From positions 26,288,001 to 26,352,000 of the forward strand of contig OZ004612.1 in NCBI GenBank assembly GCA_963924565.1: a stretch of DNA of 64,000 bases, in the 5' to 3' direction. The translations under genes were made by a program, and so were the position numbers. Source of the stretch: Ascidiella aspersa (taxonomy: Eukaryota). Under the pieces are notes generated by a model. That model ran no database searches. It was not told the DNA's origin and saw only the letters and a list, made by a program, of their open reading frames with translations. Positions 50,201 to 64,000 of the stretch are shown piece by piece; positions within the stretch are counted from its first letter, which is position 1, and each line of letters opens with the position of its first letter.

Positions 50201-53200
50201 GAATAATAGCTTAAGATAGTCCAAATCTCGCTAAACTGAATAAAACCTTTTGGTAGTTTCGTTCGAAATACAGCACAACTTACTAAATCATTTTATTTTA
50301 CAGCTTCAAAGTCAAAACCTTTATTCAGAAACCAAATTGCTGATTTGCCAGGGTGTCTGTCTTCAGTTGTCTTGTCTGAACCCCATCCCTTCTCGACAAT
50401 ATCCAGCTTAAACCGGCGCATTGCAAAAACGGAGCTGGTCTCGAGAAAAATGAAGTAGCCTCAAGTGAGCGTGACCGCAAGAAACATTCACCGACAGGTA
50501 TTTTTCGTCCACATTTGACCGAAAGGGTGGCTGCATTTTGCAAAACGGCGCAGACTGATGCTTCTGTATTAAGCGTTAAAAAGGCTGAAAGTCCGATAGA
50601 GGGCAAGTTTAGCTCGGATTAAGTGTGCCGCTGTGCTTTTGGGCTTTAGCTGCAAAGAACTGACGTAGACGGTGGTGTGGCTTTAATGTAGCGTGAAGTT
50701 TAACTTGCAGCAGACAATATGGCGACTTCTCGGCAAATGCTTATCTGGTGTGCAAGCGATTTTCGACTTGGTGTTTATGAGGTAACTGAAATGCTTGCTT
50801 GCAAATATGACCGATCCTAATATGCGCTATACAGAGCACAGCTGAATAGTGCAGAAGTTTTGTAAGTTTGTTTGTGGAAGATTTTGTATATCTTGAACGT
50901 AGATTCGATATTAGAAGAGGTTGTTAGCTACTTAGGTCTGTGTACAATTTTTAGATCATTGAAACAAACATTAAAGACCATTTGTATCTTGGTTTCGACC
51001 ATACTATTTTGCAGCGAAAATCATTAGAAGCAGAGATTTTCTTGGTTAATCCACAAAACGATGTGTATATACAAGCGTTGTACGGTATTGTGTTTCTACA
51101 CCGCACATATGTGTTTTTTTAATAGGCTTGCAACTTACCTAATGTGCCATGTTGCCATTACATAACCGAACCTGGGCTTTAATTGCGGCCAAACAGCAAC
51201 GAATAAAGTGTAACAAATTATACCTTCTTGAAAAACTACAAGTTTTCTTTTTTTGAGCGTATATATGCACGGCAATATATGAGCATCGTAAATATATTCT
51301 AACATTGTAAAGACACTCAATGGCTGTGAAAATTGAGAATATGGCGGACATAAATGCAATGACAAAATATTGAGTTGTTGATGTTACCAGTATAAGTGTA
51401 TAATCAGTCGTAGCGAGAGGTTTGTTTTTGTGTCCTGTAGATAATTATCCTTTACTCACGATACCTAAACTATAGACGTTTCCCGCATAAAAAGTGCCAA
51501 CGCTATAATACGCCTCATAGCCACAGCGAGCGTGTTAGCAACAAACGCGTATGACGAACACGAGTATTTCGGTGACCTAACGCGGGCGTTATTGCCCAGA
51601 TGAAAGCGACGCGTTCGAAATCGCTTTGGCAAAGACAACAAACGCTTTAGACGCTAAGCCGTGGACGACTTTGATGTCCATAAATCGATACACCGACAGG
51701 GCAAAGCAAAGGCAAGTCACAAACTTATTGCACAAAACTGCGAAATTGGTCCTCAAAGGCGTAAAAATTCATGGCCGATATTCGCTTGATTATTTATTTC
51801 AGTGACTGTGAAATGAAGCATTGTGCAGTATTGTAGGTAAAAACAGAAATATTCATTTTCTGCGATTTACGAATATTGTTTGGCTGTGTTATGGTAACAT
51901 ACCCGGAACTCCGCTATAGGAAAACATTTTTGTGATGTAATGGTTGCCAATATTCTAGTCTTTGCGTTAATGTATCTATATTGTGCAATTTTGCGAATAT
52001 TTCTTTAGATTCAAATTCACAAGATTGTTTTCTGTTTAACGTTTTGATCCAGATTCTAGCCTGCTGTGAAGTTCTGTATTATACTGTTGACCTAATAAGA
52101 ACATGAAAGTCTGTAGAAGTATTGAATTTTGAACGTTTTTTTTTTATTCATCGACTATGTTGAAAATAAGCAAGGAGTGAATCGAATGTTTAAAATGCTA
52201 CTGTACTTATATAAGGGCTTTGATATTCTAAGTACATTTTTAAACAGGGGATACGGTTCTCGTTTAACGTGTAAATAATTTCCATTGACCTACGCGATTA
52301 CGGCGTCGTTTTTGTGACGTCACAAAACAGTTAAGGTCGAGAAGCGTACCGCGGTATAAAGAAAAATAACTTTTGACGTACGTCTTGCCTTGCTTCGCTT
52401 AACAGCTTGCCAACGTTTTAAAGGCTACCTTTTTCGCAAGCCGACCAATTTGCCGGACACGCCGTAATATCTTGTAAACGGCGCCTTTGAAGCGAGCCGC
52501 TCGTCAAACAACTAAGGGGTCCGATTTGGGCCTTTGGCCAACACAGTGGCCAAACGAAAATGAGCCATATTTCAATGTTACCCTGTTCATTTGCATGTTT
52601 TTTACGGACGTTATGGTACGAGTTTAGAATAGTGTTTTTGTGTCCTTTTATCTTTGTAAGTTAACAAAGTCAAGTCGAGGCTGAAGTTTTTAAGACAAAA
52701 AGGCGATTTTTAAAATAGCCAGAAAAACTGGCCGCTGTTTGGTCCAACCTAACGAGCGCCAACGGCAAGAGGAAACTCAACACCGGTCGCAAATTGGTCG
52801 GGAATTTGATCCGCTCGGACTTTCCGAACGTCCACGGCATCGACGTGACGACTTGGGTCGTTTTAGAGACTAAAGCAAAATCGGCCAGGCCATTTTCTCT
52901 AGGCTGTTGTAATAAGCTTCAATAGCTTTGAGTTAATGGTGGTATGGATTAATGAAGTAACGGCTGCGAAAATTAATGAAGTAACGGCTGCGTTTAAAAC
53001 CCTCAAGGAATGAATCAATCGAAGCGTGTGTTTCTTTTCTTTACCCATCGGTGTACAGTTGTTTATATTATAGAAGTTGCGCTTATAATTCATTGCATAA
53101 ATTGGTAAAGCCATGCAAAATATTTCAAACATTAAAATGACCACGAATTTAATAAAGGACTTTAAACTAGAATTGGGGTAAATCTTCGAAAATCTTTCAA

Positions 53201-56200
53201 AAGGTTAAGGAATCGCTTATGCAAATAAATGATTTTGAACTAGCAACTTTTCCGCGTTGAACTTCATTTTTTTTACTCAAGCACGAAAAAAGTCATAATG
53301 GTTAGACCGGGTTATTTTGGGTCGGCCGATAAACCTGGCCACTTGTAACGAGGGCGATTATCGGACTGACCGCTCGGACGACGCAATCAATTTGTGTCCA
53401 GGTTCTTGAAGTCCCTTTACGCGCGTTTATTATTTGTGTAACGGACGTGTCGGACAAATTGCTCGGCGTCGAACCGGTCGGTCTACATGTGCATCGACAT
53501 TTTAATGCTACTCGGCTTTTTATGGCAACCACGCATTTTTTTGTTTTGATATTCTTAGGCGTCTATCATCAAAATGCCAATCCGAAGGTTCCTTTACTTC
53601 CGAGATCTGATGAGATCGAAATTGTAAATGTTTGAATACTGCGGCTGCTTGTATTGTTAAACCGCCGGGATTTTAATTTCATCAAGAGAAACATTTATGT
53701 CTGGGATTTGTGGAGCTAACTATCAACATATGTAAACTCGTGCGGTTATGAGCAATATTTTAACTAAAAAACGAAAACGAAACATATAACAAGAAAATTG
53801 TTTTATGTGCAAAAAATGATACAGCAATATATAAACATATTTTATGAAAAAATATTTTAAAAAACACTTAATGTTTAGCAAAGTTATTTGATACAATGAC
53901 TTCATTCCAAGTCAAGTTGTTTGCCCAAAAGGCAAAGTCTATTGTTTTTTTTAAGACTTATATCAAGACAAGTCATTTAAAACAGTAACTTGAGACATTG
54001 ACTTAAGCCCTAACATCACTGATTTATATTTAATTTGTGTGTGTTATAATTTTCAACGTATAATAGGAATATCAAGCCCGAATTGAAGTATAGGTAACAT
54101 TTTGAACGTTTCCAATATCTCTTTATTCATGTTCAGCAAATGAAATGATTTTGTTGCCGGTTATGTACTGCTGTTTACACAAACAGAACACCGCTACGAA
54201 TATCAAGGGGTTCGGTATAAATAAAGGGGTTGGTGTCCTGTGTTCTGGGACTGTTTTTGTGTCGTCGTAACTTCCCCGAATCGGCAACAAGCTAATTCGC
54301 TATTTGAACCTATACAAGAGCAAGCCGAAAAACGACGTTTTTGGACGGATCAGACGCCGTTTAGCGTCCCCAGTTATGCCGCAAACAAGCCACGTTCCGC
54401 CTTGCATTTCGCATCACAGGTCTCGACCTGACAGAGATGACACACACAAAGGGCATACGCCGCTCGCCGAAAGCGCATTTTCGCGTTTGGGCCTCGTTTT
54501 GCGGTCGAATTATCCGCGGACCGACGACTGCGAGGTTACGCCGCTTTGCATCTGCAAAGGTTTAGTGACAGGTCGCTCCGCCTGTATTATAAAAGCCCGC
54601 CTGGGAATGCGTGAGTCACAATTTTGACTGGTTATGGGTTATATAGTGTGCGGTGGTTTCCCTGAACCAGGAATTGGTCAGTGCTGAACTTACACTTGTA
54701 AAAAAATAATCAAAGCCCATACAGAGGTTAGTAGCATTTTTGTCTTTGATACTCTTGCTATATGTCTTACTACATCCTCCAACCATTATGCTTCAAATAC
54801 TTGACTTGTTTTCCATGTTTTGTGAAAATTTAAGTATAGCGGCCATTTCTTTTTAAAATGTTCAACCATTTTTTTTTGTAACAAGTTTTGTAAAACGTTT
54901 GACTTCGCTCTGTCTTGTCAGCCATCTTTTTCCTTGCAGCGCTAAATTTTCAACCTGTTTCTAGAACAGCCAAAACGCTCGAGATGAAAGGCAATTATTG
55001 AGGAGTAAATACATATTTACTGTACTTAAAATGCAGGTAGATGTAACGTATGTATAAGCATACAGTTAATAAAGAAGTATAAAAAATATTTCTTTTGTCG
55101 TAATCAAGCACCCTTTATTGGTTGATTTGAATATTCTTAATATACGTAAGTCATTCATGACGTTCATTGTTGGTTGACAAAATCTTATAAATGCCTGTTG
55201 GAGTATGAAAAAACTCCTAATCAAAAACAATATAAGTCTCGTAACAGAACAAGACCCGCACATAAACATTTTATCACTTTTGAGGCGCTTATTGTTTAAC
55301 TTAAAACAACAAATATGTTTTGAAGCCTTTTTAAGTTTCTGCCGAATTATGTCAGTGCTGTTTCTATGTGAATCTCCATCAGAGTATTTCTTATTCAACA
55401 AGAGTTTGCCTCTATTCACACTATCTATCAGTTAAACTTAGGCAATGTGTTTAGTCGATAGAGGTTCAGATGTCATGTTCGTTGAAAAATTCCACAAAAA
55501 AATTTATAACAATCACTATATTTACCTCTACAAATCTTGCCACAAACTTAGTGATCGCTTGCAATACGGTTTTGCCAGTTTCGTAACAATATGTCAGCTT
55601 AATCCGACAGTCATCCCTAAAACCCTATACAACAATCTTCTGAATAAGTGAATGTCAATATCGTTGCAATGACCAACATCAATGTTACAACAGCTGTAAC
55701 TTATTGAATTGCCATTATAAAAATGTTAAGAACCCAACGTTTATTGTTTAAAAGCAACTGGAGCCATTTTGCTTTTCCGACATGTTTCACAGTTTCGCGA
55801 AATTCAATGCGCTCCTATACTACTATAACTGTTACCCCAAAATATAGTTTGCATTACACTACTGGGGTGGTACCCATTTTTAAGAGGCGTTTAAAGTTTT
55901 TCTCATCTTAAGTATTTGTATGTCATACCCAGCGTTGTGAAAACTATTTAGCCTATAGATTCAATTAAGCCAAATGATGTATATTTACAGCATTTTTGTT
56001 GTTCAAAATTCGCCAAGATATTCGACAAAGAAGTATTTTTACAACTACATGACCTATCGGTGCTTGCTGCAGGTTCGACAAATTTCCTTAAAGGCTTAAA
56101 ATATACCTATAATTACTAGATGAGTCGGTTGTAAAAAATAAACGTCGCAGTAACATCGCAAACGCTTGTGTTTCTCGTTTTTTCGAATGAAGATGAAAAT

Positions 56201-59200
56201 AAATAATTCATTTTGGCGTCTCATGTAGAATTGGAAGTTGCAAAGAACGACTTTAGCATAGAGAATAAACTGTGCTGAAAGGTACTCTAGGTAAGGCAAG
56301 CCTTTTCATTTAAAGATATCAAACGTTGTGTTTAACACTTCATTCACATAATAAAAGTGCGCAAATATATATTGTTCAAGGTCTAATCATGGTCTCCTCG
56401 TAAATGTTGTGATAATAATAAAAGTCATTCGTATCTGTTGAACATAAATATTCAATTGTTAAAATTAAAAGCAAGCAGAATACTACAGAATTTATTTTTG
56501 ATTTTTTTTTTAAATATTTTACTTTTAACCATATTTAAAAAAAATCTTATGTTTAGGTCAACTGGTTTGTACAAGTCACTTTGTATTTCAAATAATTATC
56601 CAATGAACTAAGAACACATAAGTTCAGGTGCATGAATATACACCTTCCAAAACTAACTCATTTGTCACATTTACTTAAGACTCATTTGTCTAATTTACTT
56701 CGAAAAAATCAGGACATTAGCCAAAACAATATGAGTCAAGATACTTAAAGCGTTTAGAAAACGGAGACCAAGGCAAACTGTATAGGGTTTCAAGCGATCC
56801 CGAGTTAATCGACTTAAGCCATTACTTAACTGATCCGCGACATTTAGAAGCCGAACCTTTGCGGATTTCGAGGCCCAAACATGGCGGTGCTGACATATCG
56901 AAAAGCGCCGCGTTTAACCCATTGTTTTGTCACGCCCGCACGATGCCCAAAGAACATTAACCGGACGAAAGAAAATCCTCACTATGGTGGCAATGCTAAG
57001 CACGATGGGGGTACAAAGGGGTGGCCAAACAGGAAGCGCCCCCACATACTGGGTTCCGCGGGCCAGGGCGGCCAAGGGTCACCGGTGCCGCACAAACGGA
57101 GCCGGGCCCTTTCGGCCACATCTGGCGGAATTACTAGCTTTTGCCGATCGCTTATTTCAACAAGGCGCGACTCCAAACGTTGCTGAGATGTTTCGGGTGC
57201 TGGTTTTGTTTTCAAAATACGCGTAAGCTGTGTGTGGAAGTCGGCCCTGTTTTCTGTTGTTTTGGGAGTCAGGGAAAACGGGAATTGCAGCCTTCAGAAG
57301 CGGTTAGCTTTTGACACTAAAATTAGTTGCACGTATTGTAAATAAACTCAAAGTGTACAAACATAATGGTGATTGGAAATACTTTCTGTTGGCCGACTAT
57401 GTCCACATATTTAAACAGAAATCTTATATCAAAATAATTTTTATGGAAGAGAGCACATTCCTCTGATATTCAAAGTTTAAGAAAGCTTTTTCCCGGATTA
57501 GAAAATCAAACATTTTTACTTTTTACTTGTTGTATGAATTTGGGCTTACTTTGCCAAATTAAAAGACATTTTTTTTTTCGAAATAATCTAAAATGGATTA
57601 TAACAAAGAGACTTATTCATTTTTAAAGCATTTATTTATTCATTTGAAGCATTATGTATATATTGTGACAGAGATGAATATAAAAACGCATTAATGTCTT
57701 TAGTACTAGAATAATCATCAAAATAAATCTATTTTGAAAATAATGCAGCAACGTTAGCTATAAATGCATAAAATGGCGACTTTTGAAAACTGTTATGTCT
57801 TTTGCAAATATTTAAGTTTTGAGCTAAACAAATTGTCTACAAAATGGCAACCTATATGCAATGGTTTGCAAAAAAAATGCGATAGATATGTCTTATCTTA
57901 CTTATGCAACAAAAACAAATTCACATAAAAAAAGATTTTAAATTATTCGCTGCATACCTCTAGCTGTGTTGAATTACAGCTTAATATGGAAAGAGAAAAA
58001 TATGCGCCAAGGAGCATTTGATCAACCATCTCAAACACGCCAAATTAACCGCGACACTCCAAACTCCAAACAACTTCGCAAAACATTTGGACGATTTGAA
58101 AAAACGCGCAGAGCGGAAATGAGAAGTTCCGGTTACTTTGTCAAAATTGTCAATAAACAGAAAAAACAGCCAACTGTAGCAGCATCGGCAGTGGAGAAAG
58201 GCGGTAAAATGACTCTCGCGCATATGTCAGAAATGGCAAGCACAAGTATGCATAATCGGCCTAGTGATGCAGCTTCGGCGGCCTGACGGGCCATCGGCTG
58301 CGGCGTCGGTGTCCGGTTACTGAGACTGCTGGGTTTTAGGCACGGACCACTTGCGCAGTTAAACGCTTCACTTCAGCGACAGAGACAACACGATTTGCCC
58401 AAAAGCGTTCAGGGCGGCCGCTTCTCAGTGGGCCGGCACTCTTTTTTCTCCCCAGTATTTCTTATATTGTGCTTAAAATTTGCAAAATTTTAGGTAAAAA
58501 ATCCGTGTTGTTTTCTGATTCACTAAGTGGTGTCAATTTGATTTAATTACCGGGGTCGTTAGCCCTTGGTCGGTATAAAATAAAGGGCCAGGCACTCAAA
58601 TATGGCCGTTTTAAATGGCTAGCGGGCGCCCGCACATGTCGAGGTTCTCTTAGAAAAAACAGTCGCCGCTTTTCAACTTGTCATTTTTCGCCTTCCATCC
58701 CTTAGCGCGACGTGCTTGTCGAAAAACAAACAGTCAGGTAAATGCTCTGACAATATGCCCCGTCGACGTCGAAAAGAGAAGTTACCTGCTGTTATCCGTG
58801 CTGCGTTTTTGCACGTCGTCCGACCATCGATCAGCAGATTAAAGCTGAGCCTGGCCCGGATTGTCTTTCCACCGTTTGGGTATTAGCGCAGATAGGGTTT
58901 CGGCAGCGGCGGAGCGGCCACGAGCTGAGAAAATCGCGCCCCAGTGTTTTCCAGACCTTTGCCAATTTTTTTTTGTAATTTTTAGAACGAGCTCTCCAAC
59001 CTTTTGCTTGCGCGATCAAACGCCAACAAATTTGTTTTGATGTTTTTTAGGTGATTCGTATTTTTGGACGCACAAATGTATTATGAAAAAAAAAACAATA
59101 CAACTAAACCACAAAATTAATTACTTACATATTGAACTGCCCTTTATATAGAATCGAGATCGTGAGATCGAACCTCATCGAAAGCTATATTATCTTGTAC

Positions 59201-61481
59201 AAATGTCCTTGATAGACCGACTTATTTCCAAGAGCCTATATCTAAAAAACAATCCAGACACTTTTGTATATAAAACTAAGTTGTGATTGCATTTTATTTA
59301 TGATCATTTTAGTCTGACTACGAATACCTTTCTGACTTTAATATGAGGTCAGCAGAGTCGTGGAGCCACAAAGGCTATTCCAAAAATAAATCTAATCACA
59401 ATAAACTAAACTTATCTACATAGAGAACTGTTTCATTCTATGACTGAAGTTGTCAAATCGAACCTTACATCATTCTGGATTTTTTTGCTTTCATGAAAAA
59501 CGTTTATAAGTTGACTGATTTTGGTAGGACTTTTCGTCGTCAGGTGTTTCTATATATGGATTTATACTTTATAATAAAGTGAGATGGGAATCATTTTTAA
59601 CCCCCACGAAATCGTATAAATTCGAGTTTCCCTTATATGTATTGGATTAAGTCCAAATAAAACCTATCGGTGTACTGAAATAAAAAAACATATACACCAT
59701 AGCTATAGCATCCAAATTATCCCATGAGAATTTTGATGTGTACGGCAATTACATGTTTGGGTTACATGCATGGTAAGCCTTACTAAGTTGTTGTGTATCC
59801 GGCTGATATGCCGACTAATGTTGCTTACCTGACAGGTTCGCTATCGTTTGCTTTCAAATGTGTAGACAAACGCCTAGCTGGTTTGCATCGTTTGGTAATT
59901 TAAACACTTCTCGACCTAATGCCTTGAAAGTTGTATATAGAGTGTGCGAAAACAGTTATATTTCGCAAAAAAACAACAAAGCCTCATGAAAGACAACCTC
60001 GTTACACTTTTTCTTGGCCATGTTCCCGCGAATGTAGATTCCGGACGATACCCGTGCGACGTAATAATGTGGTAAAGAAAACGGCGTTTCAATTACGCAA
60101 AACGACATTCTGCGATCCAAGTGACCGAGAAATATGCTCTTCGTGATGACACATGGAGGCGTTGAATAAAATGCAAAAATGAAACTATAGGATCCGCCGG
60201 GAAATAAGCATCCGCCGGAGCAGCTATTCGATCCTGTTTGGAGGTCGTTAGACGCTACGATCCCAAACGCCGAACATCTCAAATACACTGGTGTGCCTTC
60301 ATTTTTGGGCACATTACCGTTATGAAACGCGAACCGGCCGCAACTTACACGTCTCTGGAAGGGGAAAATCGTTCTTTCTTCCAGGTAAAAGATAAGAAAA
60401 ACCTTAACCGTGCGGGGCAGAGTGTTTAAGCTGCAAAAAATGAATGGTGAGGGGGGTTGTAGTAAGGGTCCGATCTCAAGTAATCGTAGATTAGCGATAA
60501 TCATGGATCGGGTTTGGCCCGGCTGATCGACGTACAAGCGTCCGATAGGCGGTAACACGACACCGCTCTGCCGCCTGATCGAGACTTAATGGCCCTGTGC
60601 GTCGCACAGTAGAGATATCGCCAATGTTGGGATATTACTGCGCAACGGACAATTTTTTACTCTGTGTATTTGGCGACTGTGTCTTTCGAGTTGCGGTCTT
60701 GGTGTACCCGTGTTAGAAAAGGAAATTGAGCTACTCGGTCTGCTAAACTTATTAATTGAATTGTACGATTTTTAACGATTAGGCCGAAGAAAACAAACTG
60801 ATGACTTTCGAGTGGATTTTCATTTCGTATTTCATTAAGAATTTTGGTTCATTTTGAATAAGACACAATAATCGCGCACTTTCATTATCGACTTAATTAC
60901 ATTAATTTTCAAATACAGAAACACATGAATAATCGACTGATTACCGCTGAATTTTTTGTGTGGTTATTTGCAAGGCAAAACAGTTTTATACAGATTTTAA
61001 ACTGATGGCAAATACTATGTGCCTTAAATGGGATGACTGTTTCACTTTTTGTCAGAAAAATTTAAAGCATTGCGAGACTGACTTGAATTGGACAGATTTA
61101 CCTCTTTTAACATTCAAAACTTATGTCTTATCTAACATAATTTACTGTATGACTATCGGTAACAGCCTTTCACAGACTATAGCATACGCCATTTTGCAGG
61201 TGGTTGTTTCTAAAGTTGTCGTGAGCTTGTTCAAATTTTCCCCTCAATAATTGCCTGCCGTTCCCGAAACCCGACCCGTTTGCTTGTCGCCGATCTGATT
61301 GGCGTAATGCGACAGATAACCGGCTCTATCGGCTCCTTCGGTCCATGTAAAAACGGTTTAAACATGTTGTGCAAACTATAAGGCAATGAAACAGCTCGTG
61401 ATCAGCAAGATCGACAAATGCTTGCCAAACCTCACAAAAGTATTTTCACTTCAAAATTTCAACGACCTTATTGTATTAGAG

Positions 61482-61933
61482 CAGCGTTTCTCGACCGATG
61501 CGCCATGGAAGGCTGCCAGGTGCGCCGCGAGCAAAAGGAAATAACGATGTATAGGTGCTATTATATAAACATATATTTTTTACTTTCCTATTAAGCTTGG
61601 CTCTTTGATTCCACAAATCTTTCATGTAGAAAACGCAATAGAACCTACAAAGCAACAATATCTAAATCATAGGCTACCATAGTAGGCCTATTAAGACCAC
61701 CGACATAATAAAACACGAATTAAATGGACAAAATAACGTTTTTAGTCTTCAAGGCTGGAGTCCCTTTAAAGATATGCAACTATAAAACCTATATATTAAA
61801 AAAATTGCAGGCCATTTAGGAGAAATACCGGTGCACCTAAAAACTTTCGCGCTCGCTTCGCTCGTAAGGTGCGCCGCCACGTTTTCACACGTCTCTAGGT
61901 GCGCCCCCAAGTGAAAAAGGTTAAGAAACACTG
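61482..61933. mobile_element. hAT-type MITE
   Basis: CAGCGTTTCTCGACC...GGTTAAGAAACACTG; TSD tattagag/gtttagag. Confidence 0.72.
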
Positions 61934-64000
61934 GTTTAGAGTAAGACCGAAATGCACTACACAAATATTATTTAGTTGGATTTTTCTTGGTTTAATGTTT
62001 ACCACATATTAATTTGGTCCCAAATTATGGCAAATCACTTGAAGATATTTATTACTTGAATATGTGCACTATCATTTAATGTTACAAAAGTTCTGGGAAA
62101 GACAATTAGACGCTCTATGGTTCGCTTAATGACTATGGTAGAATAATCATATATTAGGTAAAGGTAAAACAAAATCTAAATTTTGCGTCCAATATAAGGC
62201 AAGTGGTACAACTGTAAAGTTGTTTTTAAAAAACTATAGCACATGATGGACATACAGGGTATTTTGTCTGAGACTTAATTTTCCTAACAAACTAATACAA
62301 ACTTGTTAAAAAGGATAATTTCAAGGCACGAAAAAAGTTTAACCTGCAAGCGACATAATCACTTGTCCCTTTCGATTAGACGGAGCAGTTTCTCTCATTT
62401 CTCTCCCACAAAAAGTTGCCGAGAATTCCCAGATGACGCTGTCGTGCGCACAACTTCCCTCCAAGGAAAAAAGTCACGCAACCGAGATAAAAAAATTACG
62501 CGGCTGAATTTGGCAGACTCGATTTCCCGTGGGGCTTTTCCCAAAACTAAAGGTCGCCCGAACCAAACGCTGGAAACATCTACGACCGGATCTAAATATA
62601 TAACACGGCGAATCAAATTGAAGCGAAGAGATAGCAAGAGGCTTGGGAATATTTTATTGGAAGCTTGTCCCAAAGGCACTGAGAGCAATCCTAGTAGGAA
62701 GTTTTGTAAAAAGAGTCACCAAGTATTTTGTGCTATATAAGTTGAAACCACGTCCGTTTTTTCTTGCGACACTAACAAGATAAATTTGTATTGTTGTTGC
62801 AACACGCAACGGATGTCTAAAGCCTGTGTTGCTTGATTCCCACTATATGAAGTTCTTAGTTGAAAAGTGCATTGGTCCTTACCTAGCTAAAAGCATTACC
62901 AATGTTTTATCACAAATGGGTGTATACGCACACAGCTTACAAAAAGTTGCAAACGATTGGGGAATTTGAATCGACTCACAACTAATAAAACTGAATTTTA
63001 TTATTCACAAAATCCAAAATCCAGAAACTAACGCTAACCGGACAATTACGGAATGTTTTAACTATAATTAAATCAACGTTTGGCTAAACATATAAACGTA
63101 ATATATATTCATGAATGGGTGTGTGTGTAATCGGAGTAAGCCGGGTAAATAGCCACTTTTTGTTCACCCTGATGGTCAGTTCAAAACCAACCACAACCTA
63201 TAGACGTTTGTGCGAGCAATTACTCGATTGTTTTCCGCCAAACACTAGGCTGTGTAACTAATACAAACGTCGATTTATTCGTATGATATGTCCCTTGTAC
63301 ATGCTGTACTCCGACAAAGTTAGTGGGTTCTTGTTATAAAAAGTCGAATCAACGAATTATACATCCTATAAGCCCTGTGAACAATGTACTCGATTTCTAA
63401 ATGCAAAAATGTTCTATACATATTATACGGAGGACTGGCTAAAGGCGAGTAACGCAGTAATTAATCGTGTAAGGGTCGTTAACGATTTTTATCGAATACT
63501 TTTGCATCTAGAAATAAAGTGCATGCCATGAACGCAGGAATGGTGCAAATAAATGAGCTAATTAATGGCATTTGACTGACCAAGTCCCATTTATGCCTGA
63601 ACCCACGTTTAAGGTAATTACAACATACGAAAAATGATTTATTTTTGCGTGTCCATGAGGTGCTGCGTTCCAAGCTGTCTTTGACATTGACGTTGTTTTA
63701 TTATGTGGTGTGTCACCAAATCGCAGCTTGCTTGAAGTTCAACTTTATTGAAAATCAGTTGGACCAGACATAAAGGTTTCAATTAAGTCGGCTCATTTAT
63801 AGTTTTTGTGCATTAAACCATCTAAAAGATCCAGTGTTGCAAACAAGTGTACTTGAGTGTACTTAAGTCAAGTTATTAGTTTAAGTCAATTCAACACTAC
63901 AAAGATCTCAGTGTATATTATTGGTAATGCCTACTGTAAAATCAAACTCAAGTGATCCTTTTAAAAAAATGTGAAATAACCGTGTTAGAACTAGTTTTTC

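Larger units (their letters stand above)
41480..62700. promoter_or_regulatory. Gene desert with multiple GC-richer non-coding islands, putative enhancer cluster
   Basis: No spliceable or homologous ORFs recognised. Islands of 0.2-1 kb contain Tcf-like (46943, 51669, 52484), RBPJ-like (45193), CArG (45056), Zic-like (47057) and AP-1 (54612) motifs. Confidence 0.4.

Noticed and set aside
59956-60558. 200-aa ORF on the - strand
   Set aside because: No recognisable domain, non-ATG start and no clear exon boundaries; probably a chance ORF in a GC-richer island.

Overview
AT-rich, intron-rich eukaryotic (invertebrate, possibly tunicate) genomic DNA with no prokaryotic features. The + strand (1-18.9 kb) carries a multi-exon PARP14-like macro-PARP (RRM/KH-like region, three macrodomains, WWE, ART domain) whose 5' end lies outside the window. 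The - strand (38.4-24.4 kb) carries a complete 18-exon DPP4/FAP-like S9B peptidase of about 804 aa. It has an intact Ser/Asp/His triad but has lost several residues that anchor the substrate N-terminus (equivalents of DPP4 R125, E205 and D663). Just downstream (22.3-19.8 kb) is a second, divergent, fully open 4-exon catalytic cassette with its own Ser (GRSYGG), Asp, His, stop codon and polyA signal. Its splice phase fits exon 15 of the main gene, so one propeller could be spliced to either of two catalytic modules. Relics of a third copy lie between the two cassettes, so the second cassette could instead be a recently truncated paralog. The interval 39-64 kb has no credible coding sequence but contains regularly spaced GC-richer islands that look like cis-regulatory modules. 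Introns contain hAT-type MITEs, an AAGTC-rich MITE, tRNA-derived SINEs, a palindromic element and microsatellites. All exon assembly was done by hand.
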